A DNA stretch of 27,729 bases from an uncultured virus (IMG/VR IMGVR_UViG_3300030330_001255) (lineage: Duplodnaviria > Heunggongvirae > Uroviricota > Caudoviricetes). The translations under genes and the position numbers were made by a program. The notes below the pieces were generated by a model, which saw only the letters and a program-made list of their open reading frames with translations, was not told the DNA's origin and did no database searches. The stretch lies in the IMG/VR virus record IMGVR_UViG_3300030330_001255; one strand, given 5' to 3'. Below are positions 8,791 to 16,868 of the stretch, one piece after another. Position 1 is the first letter of the stretch, and each line of letters starts with the position of its first letter.

Positions 8791-10172
8791 TGGCTAGTAC
8801 AGATTTAACAAGAACACACACAGTGGCTACAGCAGATGAGAGAAAAAAACATACTTTTTCTGCTTGGATAAAACTTTCTGCTATAGGCAGTGACAGTAAT
8901 ACTTTTTTTTCTAATAGACCATCAGGTAATTATAGATTTTATTATATGATTATGAATAGTGGAGGTGGTGGTAATACAGTACCAAATGCTTTTTATTGTT
9001 ATATGGTTTATAATGGTTCTGCTATGTTAGAAGCAAGTGGTACAAGAAAATTAAGAGATGTAAATGGTTGGTATCATATTGTTGTTAGAACAGATACTAC
9101 ACAAGCAGCCGCTGCAGATAGGTTTAGGGTATATATTAATGGAGAACAGGATCCTGTAACCTTACATCATGCACCAGACCAAAATGAAGAATTACAAGTT
9201 AATAGAGATACAACACACTATATAGGGGAAGAGGGTAATGGTAATGGTCAATTTAATGGTTCCATGAGCCACATACATTTCTGCGATGGTTATTCTTATG
9301 GCCCAGATAGTTTTGGTTCTACAGATTCAACAACTGGAGAATGGAAAATAAATACTTCACCATCTGTAAGTTATGGAACTAATGGTTTCTTTATCTTAAA
9401 AAATGGTAATTCAGTAACAGACCAATCAGGTAATAGCCATAACTGGACAGTTAATGCAGGTACACTTACAAAAACAGAAGATAATCCAAGTAATGTTTTT
9501 GCTACATTAAATTCTTTAAACATTCCAACAAGCAATGCTCCAACTTTTGAAAATGGAAATACTGCCTCTACAACTTCTTCAAGTGGTTCTGGAAAATTTG
9601 GTGGTTCAAGCACTTTAGGAATGACATCTGGTAAATGGTATTGTGAAGCAAGAGCAAAAATTCCAGGAAGTTCAAGAAATGTATTTGGATTATCTGGTGC
9701 AGTTTCTTTAGTAGCTAGAAATAATAACTCATTTTTATCAGATACCGATAATTCAATAGGTTGGTATTCCGCAGATGGAACTGTTGCTTATAATAATTCA
9801 AGTCAATATACAGCATCAAGTTATGCAAATGATGATATTTTAATGATAGCAGTTGATATGGATAATTTAAAAGTTTATTTAGGTAAAAATGGAACATGGC
9901 AAAACTCTGGCGTTCCTACTTCTGGCTCTACTGGAACTGGAGCAATTACTATTGCGGCAGCATCATCTTGCCATGATGGTGCATATTTTTTTTGTTTTTC
10001 AGATGATACATCAACAAGTGCTGTAGCTAAATTTGAATATAATTTTGGCAATGGCTATTTTGGAACAACAGCAGTATCTAGTGCAGGAACTAACGCAAGT
10101 GGAATAGGAATATTTGAATATGATGTTCCAGCAGGGTACACTGCTCTTTGTACAAAAGGATTAAACTTATAA
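8790..10172 (+). CDS. Cassette 3 gene B: LamG/ConA plus SPRY-like protein
   Basis: TFSAWIK, LRDVNGWYHIVV, VYING, YGTNGFF, TSGKWYCE, FEYDVPAGY. Confidence 0.85.
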   Translation: MASTDLTRTHTVATADERKKHTFSAWIKLSAIGSDSNTFFSNRPSGNYRFYYMIMNSGGGGNTVPNAFYCYMVYNGSAMLEASGTRKLRDVNGWYHIVVRTDTTQAAAADRFRVYINGEQDPVTLHHAPDQNEELQVNRDTTHYIGEEGNGNGQFNGSMSHIHFCDGYSYGPDSFGSTDSTTGEWKINTSPSVSYGTNGFFILKNGNSVTDQSGNSHNWTVNAGTLTKTEDNPSNVFATLNSLNIPTSNAPTFENGNTASTTSSSGSGKFGGSSTLGMTSGKWYCEARAKIPGSSRNVFGLSGAVSLVARNNNSFLSDTDNSIGWYSADGTVAYNNSSQYTASSYANDDILMIAVDMDNLKVYLGKNGTWQNSGVPTSGSTGTGAITIAAASSCHDGAYFFCFSDDTSTSAVAKFEYNFGNGYFGTTAVSSAGTNASGIGIFEYDVPAGYTALCTKGLNL

Positions 10173-11218
10173 TGGCTTATACAACAATTAATAAATTTAC
10201 AGAACATTTTAATACAGTTCTTTATTCAGGAGATGATGCAACTACTAGAAACATAACTGGATTTGGTTTTCAACCAGATTGGATATGGAACAAAGCTAGA
10301 AATGCAGCGTATAATCATTACTTAATTGATGCAGTAAGAGGTTCTCCTGGAAAAGTAATAATATCAAATTTAAGTAATGCCGAAGATAATGATTCTGGTT
10401 TTCAAAATAGTTTTAAAGGATTTATTTCAGATGGAAATACTATTGGACAGGTAAGTGGTTATGAAGTTAACGATAGTGGTGTTAATTATGTTCAATGGGG
10501 TTGGAAAGCAGGAGGAACTGGATCATCAAATAGTGATGGTTCTATAACATCAACTGTTTCTGCTAACACAACGGCAGGGTTTAGTATTGTAAAATATACA
10601 GGAACAGGAGGTGCGCAAACAGTTGGTCATGGTTTAGGTGTAGCTCCTAAAATGATTATAGTAAAAAATTTAGATTCTTCTGAAAATTGGGCTGTTTGGC
10701 ACACAGTTCTTGGTGAGAATGAATATCTTGGTTTAAATCAAACAAATGGTCAAGCTACAAACTCAGCTATTTGGAATAGCACGTATCCAACAAGTACTGT
10801 TTTTAGTATAGGAAATAATGCAAGAACAGGAGGCTCGAATAATTATGTAGCTTATTGTTTTGCAGAAGTTACAGGTTTTTCAAAATTTGGAAAATACGTA
10901 GGAAACGGTAATGCTAGCGGATCATTTGTTTACACAGGATTCAAACCTAAATTTGTTATGTATAAAAGATATAGTGCATCTGGAAATGATTGGGTAATAG
11001 TTGATAGTGAAAGACCTGGATATAATGTAAATAATAAAGAACTTTATCCTAACTTAAATAGTGCTGAAGGAACAACAGATTTATTAGACACACTTTCAAA
11101 TGGTTTTAAATTAAGAAGAACTCATGCTTCTGCAAATGCTGATGGTTCATCATATCTGTATATGGCTTTTGGTCAGACCCTAGTAGGATCTAATAACACT
11201 CCAGCAACGGCGAGGTAG
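10172..11218 (+). CDS. Cassette 3 gene C: YTGNG-repeat tail-associated protein, 348 aa (start corrected from 10148)
   Basis: The ATG at 10172 overlaps the upstream TAA (TAATG) and gives MAYTTINK, matching paralog starts MAYTTVNK and MAAFTTIKK. Confidence 0.85.
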   Translation: MAYTTINKFTEHFNTVLYSGDDATTRNITGFGFQPDWIWNKARNAAYNHYLIDAVRGSPGKVIISNLSNAEDNDSGFQNSFKGFISDGNTIGQVSGYEVNDSGVNYVQWGWKAGGTGSSNSDGSITSTVSANTTAGFSIVKYTGTGGAQTVGHGLGVAPKMIIVKNLDSSENWAVWHTVLGENEYLGLNQTNGQATNSAIWNSTYPTSTVFSIGNNARTGGSNNYVAYCFAEVTGFSKFGKYVGNGNASGSFVYTGFKPKFVMYKRYSASGNDWVIVDSERPGYNVNNKELYPNLNSAEGTTDLLDTLSNGFKLRRTHASANADGSSYLYMAFGQTLVGSNNTPATAR

Positions 11219-11221
11219 TCC

Positions 11222-11875
11222 GTGTATTTCGGTGCAACACCCTTTGCATCAGCCGCATTTTCAGATGTAGGCTTCAATCCTAATGCATTTGTATCTTTAC
11301 AAGGTATAAGGTTAAATGTAGCCGTTGGTAATTCTGTAGTAGTAGGTAAAGCAGAGGTATCTGTAACAGGAGAAAGATTAAATATTGCTACAAGCAATCC
11401 TACGATAGTTGCAAAAGCAATTGTAGCTTTAACAGGTAACAGATTTAACGTAGCAAATGGTAACGCTCAAGCATCTATACCTATCGACGTACCAGTAACT
11501 GGTGAAGAATTTGATATTTCTGTAAATAGTGTAACTATAAAAGCAGGAGCTAAACCTACAATAACTGGTAATAGGTACAATGTAGGAATAGGTAACACTA
11601 CAGTAATAGGTAAGGCTAATGTTTCTGTAACAGGAAACAGATTAAATATATCATTAGGAAATGCAGTTGCAAAAGCTAATGCAATAGCTGTGGTTTCAGG
11701 CAATAGATTTAATATATCAACAACTGCTTTTGGAACTGGTAATTTTGATGTTTTTGCAAAAGCTGTTATTCAGCCTTCTGGTGAAAAATTAAAAGTAGAG
11801 TCAAATGACGTTACTTTAAGAATGTGGGAGGCTGTTCCTACTAATGCAACTCAAACCTGGGTGGAGATACCGTAA
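11222..11875 (+). CDS. Tail-region structural protein with about eight 22-aa repeats, 217 aa (GTG start)
   Basis: GAGG upstream; FGATPFAS N-terminus; [TS]G.R[LF]N repeats; W...NAT.TW..I C-terminus. Confidence 0.75.
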   Translation: MYFGATPFASAAFSDVGFNPNAFVSLQGIRLNVAVGNSVVVGKAEVSVTGERLNIATSNPTIVAKAIVALTGNRFNVANGNAQASIPIDVPVTGEEFDISVNSVTIKAGAKPTITGNRYNVGIGNTTVIGKANVSVTGNRLNISLGNAVAKANAIAVVSGNRFNISTTAFGTGNFDVFAKAVIQPSGEKLKVESNDVTLRMWEAVPTNATQTWVEIP

Positions 11876-12120
11876 TGTTTTTTGGAGCAACACCTTTCGC
11901 GTCAACAACTTTTGCTGGAGTAGGCATTCAAAATGTAGTTGTTTTACCTAGTGGAAATAGGTTTAATATTAATGTAGGAAATACTTCAGTTAGTTTTGGA
12001 TCTAATGTAACGGGTCAAAGATTTAAACTTGCCACAGGCACCGTTTCTGTGATATCATGGAGTGAAATAGATCCAAATGCAACGGGAACGTGGATACCTA
12101 TTGATCCACTTAACCCATAA
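11875..12120 (+). CDS. Short paralog of the preceding gene with two repeats, 81 aa
   Basis: TAATG coupling; MFFGATPFAS start; SGNRFN and TGQRFK repeats; WSEIDPNATGTWIPI end. Confidence 0.75.
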   Translation: MFFGATPFASTTFAGVGIQNVVVLPSGNRFNINVGNTSVSFGSNVTGQRFKLATGTVSVISWSEIDPNATGTWIPIDPLNP

Positions 12121-12128
12121 GGAGAAAT

Positions 12129-12848
12129 ATGGCATCGAGTACATCAGACGATTTAAAATTAGAGTTAATTACCACAGGTGAGAAGTCTGGTACCTGGGGC
12201 ACAATTACAAATACAAATTTACAAATATTAGAACAAGCGGCATCAGGTGTTTTAATTATAGGAGTGTCATCTGGCACAGTAGCATTATCTTTAGCAAACC
12301 ATGCTACAGCAACTGGTAAAAGTTTTTATTATAAATTAACTGGAACTCTATCTGGAAACGTAACAGTAACTATGCCAGATTCAGCGGAGAGAGTTTTTGT
12401 TGTAGAGGATGCTACAAATAGATCATCTAGTAGTTACACTGTAACAGTTAAAACTGTTTCGGGGACAGGGGTTACATTACCTGCTGGATCAGCGACGCTA
12501 TTATTTTCTGATGGCACAAATATTACAGGGAAACTACAAACAAAAGGTTACTACACCGTTCCAGGTGCTTATACAGCTGTTAACGGTGATCAGTTATTAG
12601 TAGATACATCTGCAGGTGGTATTAATAGTTCTGTAACTATAACACTTCCATCCTCTCCAGCTATTGGAAATGAAGTTCATTTTATTGATAGTGGTAATAA
12701 TTTAAATTCAAATAATTTAACTATCGCTCGAAACGGTTCAAACATTTTAGGTGCGGCTACCAATTTAGTTGTTAGTACAAATGGTGCAGCTTTTACTCTA
12801 GTATTTGTAAACGCAACTAGAGGCTGGGCTTATAAAACTAAAATATAG
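12129..12848 (+). CDS. Tail protein with N-terminal attachment region and C-terminal T4 gp34-N-terminal-like domain, 239 aa
   Basis: AAGGAG RBS; LKLELITTGEKSGTWGTITNTNL start; YTAVNGD.LLVDTS...TITLPSSP..G.EV.FID...NNLTIARNGS.I...TLVFV..TRGW (recalled motif). Confidence 0.7.
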   Translation: MASSTSDDLKLELITTGEKSGTWGTITNTNLQILEQAASGVLIIGVSSGTVALSLANHATATGKSFYYKLTGTLSGNVTVTMPDSAERVFVVEDATNRSSSSYTVTVKTVSGTGVTLPAGSATLLFSDGTNITGKLQTKGYYTVPGAYTAVNGDQLLVDTSAGGINSSVTITLPSSPAIGNEVHFIDSGNNLNSNNLTIARNGSNILGAATNLVVSTNGAAFTLVFVNATRGWAYKTKI

Positions 12849-12858
12849 GAGATGAGAC

Positions 12859-14763
12859 GTGGCTCTCATTGATTTTAAATTTCAAGCTGGAATTGATAAG
12901 CAAAATACATCTGTTGGTGCAGAAAATAGATGGGTTGATTCTGACAATGTGAGATTTAGATATGGTCTACCTGAAAAAGTTGGTGGCTGGGCTTCACTTG
13001 TAACAGATACGATAGTGGGTGTAGCTAGAGCACAACATGCTTTTGTAGACTTAGATGGTAATAGATATGTAGCCATAGGAACAGATAAGTTTTTGTTGAT
13101 ATATTTTGAAGGAAAACTTCACGATATTACACCTTTAAAAACTACTTTAACTTCTGCAACTATTGCAACAACAAATGGATCACCAACTTGTACAATTACA
13201 AAAACTGCACATGGTTTATCTGCAGGAGATATAATACAATTAGATAACGTTACCCTACCAGGTGGTACAGGATTTAGTAATTCAGATTTTGAAGATAAAA
13301 ACTTTCAAGTAATAACAGTTCCAACAACAAGTACATTTACAATAACACAATCATCTAATGCAACTGCTACAGTATCAACTGGTGGTAGTTTAAGTATAAA
13401 ACCTTTTGAACCTGTTGGCCCAAGAGCACAATCGTATGGTTATGGTTGGGGTATTGATACTTGGGGTACAGGTAACTGGGGAGAGGCTGCATCAGCTTCT
13501 GATATATCACTAGAACCAGGTTTATGGTCATTAAGTAACTTTGGTGAAGTATTAATTGCAACTATAGGAAATGGTAAAACATTTACATGGAACGCTGGAG
13601 CAGGTTCACCTTTGACAACAAGAGCATCAACTACAACATCAAATTTTCAAACTAATAATAATCCAACAGCCACTAGAATTACTTTAACATCACCAACTAC
13701 TCGTCACTTAATTCATTTAGGTACAGAAACAACAATTGGTAATACAAGCACACAGGATGATATGTTCATAAGATTCTCTGACAGAGAAGCTATAAATGTT
13801 TATACACCAACAGCTACCAATACTGCAGGATCACAAAGACTACAAGACGGTACTAAAATTATGTCTGCAATAAGATCTAAAGAAAACATATTGGTCTGGA
13901 CAGATAACTCTCTATATCTTATGAAATTCGTAGGTGCTCCTTTTACTTTTGGATTTGAACAAGTTGGTACCAACTGTGGTATCATTGGTAAAAACGCTGT
14001 GATTCAAATAGATGGTGCTGCTTTTTGGATGAGCTCAAAAGGATTCTTTCTATACGATGGTACTGTTAAATCTCTACCGTGTTCTGTAGAGGATTTTGTT
14101 TATGATAATTTTGATACAACAAAAGGACAACAAGTATATGCAGGTTTAAATAATTTGTACACTGAAATAGTTTGGTATTATCCTTCGAATGGATCAGAGT
14201 ATAATGATAAATACGTTGTTTATAATTATGGAGAAGGCACTTGGTATACAGGAACAGAAGCTAGAACAACATGGATAGATGCAACTGTTTATCAAAATCC
14301 TTTTGCAACTAAATATGATTCTAATTCAAGTGGTACATTTCCTGTAATTGTTGGAGAGTCAGGTCTAGGTCAAACAACCTATTTCGAACATGAAGTAGGA
14401 ACTGATCAGGTAAATCCTGATGGTACAACAACAACTGTTACTTCTTTTATACAATCTTTTGACTTTGACATATCTAATCCACAGATGGGAGAGGGAGAGT
14501 TTTTCTTGGCAGTTAGAAGATTTATACCTGATTTTAAAAATTTATTAGGTAATGCAAAAGTTACTTTAGCTGTAAAAAGATTTCCTCAACAATCTCAATC
14601 TACAACATCATTAAGTCCCTTTACAATAACATCTACTACCAATAAAAAGGATACTCGTGCCAGAGGAAGATACGTAAACATTAAGATAGAGAATGATGCT
14701 GCTAGTGAGTCTTGGAGATTTGGCACATTTAAAATAGATATACAACCAGATGGAAGAAGATAA
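12859..14763 (+). CDS. Tail hub / nozzle (P22 gp10-like DNA stabilization protein, tail tubular B equivalent), 634 aa, GTG start
   Basis: AGGAG upstream; WVDSDNVRFRYGLPEKVGGW start; beta-propeller-like WTD, GTNCG, EIVWYYPS motifs; RARGR...WRFG...DIQPDGRR end. Confidence 0.75.
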   Translation: MALIDFKFQAGIDKQNTSVGAENRWVDSDNVRFRYGLPEKVGGWASLVTDTIVGVARAQHAFVDLDGNRYVAIGTDKFLLIYFEGKLHDITPLKTTLTSATIATTNGSPTCTITKTAHGLSAGDIIQLDNVTLPGGTGFSNSDFEDKNFQVITVPTTSTFTITQSSNATATVSTGGSLSIKPFEPVGPRAQSYGYGWGIDTWGTGNWGEAASASDISLEPGLWSLSNFGEVLIATIGNGKTFTWNAGAGSPLTTRASTTTSNFQTNNNPTATRITLTSPTTRHLIHLGTETTIGNTSTQDDMFIRFSDREAINVYTPTATNTAGSQRLQDGTKIMSAIRSKENILVWTDNSLYLMKFVGAPFTFGFEQVGTNCGIIGKNAVIQIDGAAFWMSSKGFFLYDGTVKSLPCSVEDFVYDNFDTTKGQQVYAGLNNLYTEIVWYYPSNGSEYNDKYVVYNYGEGTWYTGTEARTTWIDATVYQNPFATKYDSNSSGTFPVIVGESGLGQTTYFEHEVGTDQVNPDGTTTTVTSFIQSFDFDISNPQMGEGEFFLAVRRFIPDFKNLLGNAKVTLAVKRFPQQSQSTTSLSPFTITSTTNKKDTRARGRYVNIKIENDAASESWRFGTFKIDIQPDGRR

Positions 14764-14930
14764 TGGCTAAGATTATAGTAAGAGTACCAGAACCCAAACC
14801 TACATATGAGTTTTCTAACCAAAAACAAATAAATAGGTCTTTGGCTAGTATTGTAGAACAGCTAAATTCTACGTATTTAAACGAATTAAAAGAGGAGCAG
14901 GAGAGATTTACCTGGTTTTTAGGTGGCTAA
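14763..14930 (+). CDS. Small protein of 55 aa absent from the ORF track (MAKIIVRVPEPKPTYEFSNQKQINRSLASIVEQLNSTYLNELKEEQERFTWFLGG)
   Basis: The ATG overlaps the hub stop (TAATG) and the frame is open to TAA at 14928-14930. It fills the only large gap in the operon and overlaps the next GTG start by 8 nt. Confidence 0.85.
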   Translation: MAKIIVRVPEPKPTYEFSNQKQINRSLASIVEQLNSTYLNELKEEQERFTWFLGG

Positions 14931-15252
14931 TATATATACAAACGTAAAAGCAGATTTGACAACTAACGGAAATACTAGTATTTTCACAGTACCGACGGCT
15001 ACAACCGCTATTGTTAAGTCCTTTTTAGTATCTAATGATTCAATTTCGGCAGATCCTATTAAGGTTGAAATAGTAGACACGGCAGACGCTACTTATAACT
15101 TGTTTAAAAGTCAGTCTATAGCTGCAAATTCTACTGTTGAATTACTAACAAATCCGTTAGTATTGACAGAAGGAGAACAGATAAAAGTACAAGCAACCAC
15201 TGCAGATAGATTGCATGTTATTTTATCTATGTTACAATTGAATAGAGACTAA
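14923..15252 (+). CDS. Small beta-rich virion structural protein, 109 aa (GTG start)
   Basis: FTVPTATTAIVKSFLVSN and ELLTNPLVL.EGE.IKVQA motifs recalled from marine phage tail-region proteins. Confidence 0.7.
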   Translation: MANIYTNVKADLTTNGNTSIFTVPTATTAIVKSFLVSNDSISADPIKVEIVDTADATYNLFKSQSIAANSTVELLTNPLVLTEGEQIKVQATTADRLHVILSMLQLNRD

Positions 15253-15255
15253 ATT

Positions 15256-15501
15256 ATGGCATTTAAAGAAGAAGGCTCAGTAAGATATGAAACTATAGAT
15301 GGCAAAAAAGTACCTATAGTTGAATGTGAAGCTGAGATAGTTTTAAAAAATATAAAAACAAATAAAGAGTATGGTTCAGATAAAGAAGCAGAAGATGATA
15401 TCAACGATCCAAACACTGATACAAAAAAAGAGGACATCACAAGATCTGTAAAAATAATGGTAGCAGATATACCTGCAATAGGCGCAGCATCTGATGAATA
15501 A
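15256..15501 (+). CDS. Hypothetical acidic phage protein, 81 aa
   Basis: Fits exactly between its neighbours with normal codon usage; EY.SD.EAE.DINDPNTDTK.EDI motif. Confidence 0.75.
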   Translation: MAFKEEGSVRYETIDGKKVPIVECEAEIVLKNIKTNKEYGSDKEAEDDINDPNTDTKKEDITRSVKIMVADIPAIGAASDE

Positions 15502-15503
15502 TC

Positions 15504-16868
15504 ATGGCGATTAATAGAATGATGACGAAAAGACAAATGTATGAGGGCGGTGGCCTGGGGTTAGTTCCTAGAGAACAATATGGCCTTGGTAGCTTTCTTA
15601 AAAAAACTTTTAAAAAAATTACAAAACCTTTTGTAAAAATATCACAGAAATTAGTTCCAAAAGAATTAGCTAGACCTATGATGTTAGCTGCACCATTTCT
15701 TGGCCCAGCTGCTCCACTAATCTATGCAGCAGGTTCAGCAAAAGCAACAGGTGGAATAGATCCATTAAAGTTAGCATTGTCTGCAGCGCCATATGTAAAA
15801 TTTGAAGGCATCAAACCAGTTGGTTATGGTGGATCTAGATTTGGAGTATTTGGTGGAAAAGAAATAGGATTTGGTAAAGCAACACAACCAACTTACATTG
15901 GAGATGAGTTAGTAGATGCTGGTGGAGAATTGGTAGGTACAAGTGGTGCTGATTTGTTTGCAGAAGGAGCAAATAAAAAATTTGATTTTTTAGCTAAAGA
16001 TGTGGACGGTGTTAAAAAAGCAGCTAGTATAAAAGATGTAGTTGGCGGAGTAGTTACAGATCCAGGAAACATAGTTTCAGCAGGAGTAAGTTTAACACAA
16101 TACATAGATGCTAAAAAGAAAGAATTAGAAGATAAAGGTTTAGAGTTTACACAAGAAGATTATGATGCAGCCGTAAATGAATATTATACTGAATATCAAC
16201 CTTTTTTTGAACAAGGTTTTGCAAAAGGTGGCATAGCACAGACTAGAGAAGAATATGGCAGTGGTGGCCCAAGTGGTAACAGATTAAAACAGTTATATAC
16301 TTTAAGAGAAGAAGCCATGGAAAAAGGCGACGATGATAAGGTTATGGAATTAGATCAAGAGATAGGTTTAATACTTAAACAGTATGCAAAAGGTGGCAGA
16401 GTTAAATTAGAAAGTGGTGGTGGACTTGGAAAACTTTTAGTTAACTCTGGATTATTTAACAAAGTAGCAGAAAAAACTCTTGGCAAAAAAGTTGGTGGTA
16501 GAAACCTAATGGCAGAAAAAATATTAGCAGGGCCAATTATAGTTGGAGAAGAAGATACTTTAGAAGCAGATTTTCCTAATATGTCAAATGCAGAGATTAT
16601 AGCAACAGCAGATTCTAATCCTTTCACTAAACGAGGTGTAGTTGTTCCGATGAAAAGACCAGAACAAACAGAAGAAAATACAATAGTTCCTTTAGACGAA
16701 TTTGAAGGAAAAATTAGTAATGCAATACAAGGCATAAGAGGAGGTATGGATAAAGATCTTATGATTGAAATGTTAGAAAATCAAAGACAACTTTTAGGTA
16801 TACCAGAAGATAAAGCTAAATTTGCAGTTCAAGATTACATGTCTCGTTTTATGAGAGGAATGAAATAA
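15504..16868 (+). CDS. Putative internal virion / ejection protein 1, 454 aa
   Basis: Lies after the tail genes; cationic amphipathic N-terminus, Ala/Gly-rich hydrophobic segment, repeated [YF]xxGG motifs. Function inferred from synteny. Confidence 0.6.
   Translation: MAINRMMTKRQMYEGGGLGLVPREQYGLGSFLKKTFKKITKPFVKISQKLVPKELARPMMLAAPFLGPAAPLIYAAGSAKATGGIDPLKLALSAAPYVKFEGIKPVGYGGSRFGVFGGKEIGFGKATQPTYIGDELVDAGGELVGTSGADLFAEGANKKFDFLAKDVDGVKKAASIKDVVGGVVTDPGNIVSAGVSLTQYIDAKKKELEDKGLEFTQEDYDAAVNEYYTEYQPFFEQGFAKGGIAQTREEYGSGGPSGNRLKQLYTLREEAMEKGDDDKVMELDQEIGLILKQYAKGGRVKLESGGGLGKLLVNSGLFNKVAEKTLGKKVGGRNLMAEKILAGPIIVGEEDTLEADFPNMSNAEIIATADSNPFTKRGVVVPMKRPEQTEENTIVPLDEFEGKISNAIQGIRGGMDKDLMIEMLENQRQLLGIPEDKAKFAVQDYMSRFMRGMK

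Larger units (their letters stand above)
1262..11218 (+). repeat. Three tandem diverged copies of an A-B-C gene cassette (1262-4469, 4471-7612, 7615-11218)
   Basis: Same gene order, same junction type and shared terminal motifs (RATDAxGQTxD, FEYDVPxGF/Y, PATAR) in all three copies. Confidence 0.92.

Noticed and set aside
10148..10171. ORF-track start for gene C3 at 10148
   Set aside because: Paralog alignment and TAATG coupling place the start at 10172.
1262..11218. Diversity-generating retroelement or invertase shufflon acting on the lectin cassettes
   Set aside because: No reverse transcriptase, recombinase, near-identical template/variable repeat pair or inverted repeats in the window. 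The copies are diverged throughout and all in one orientation.
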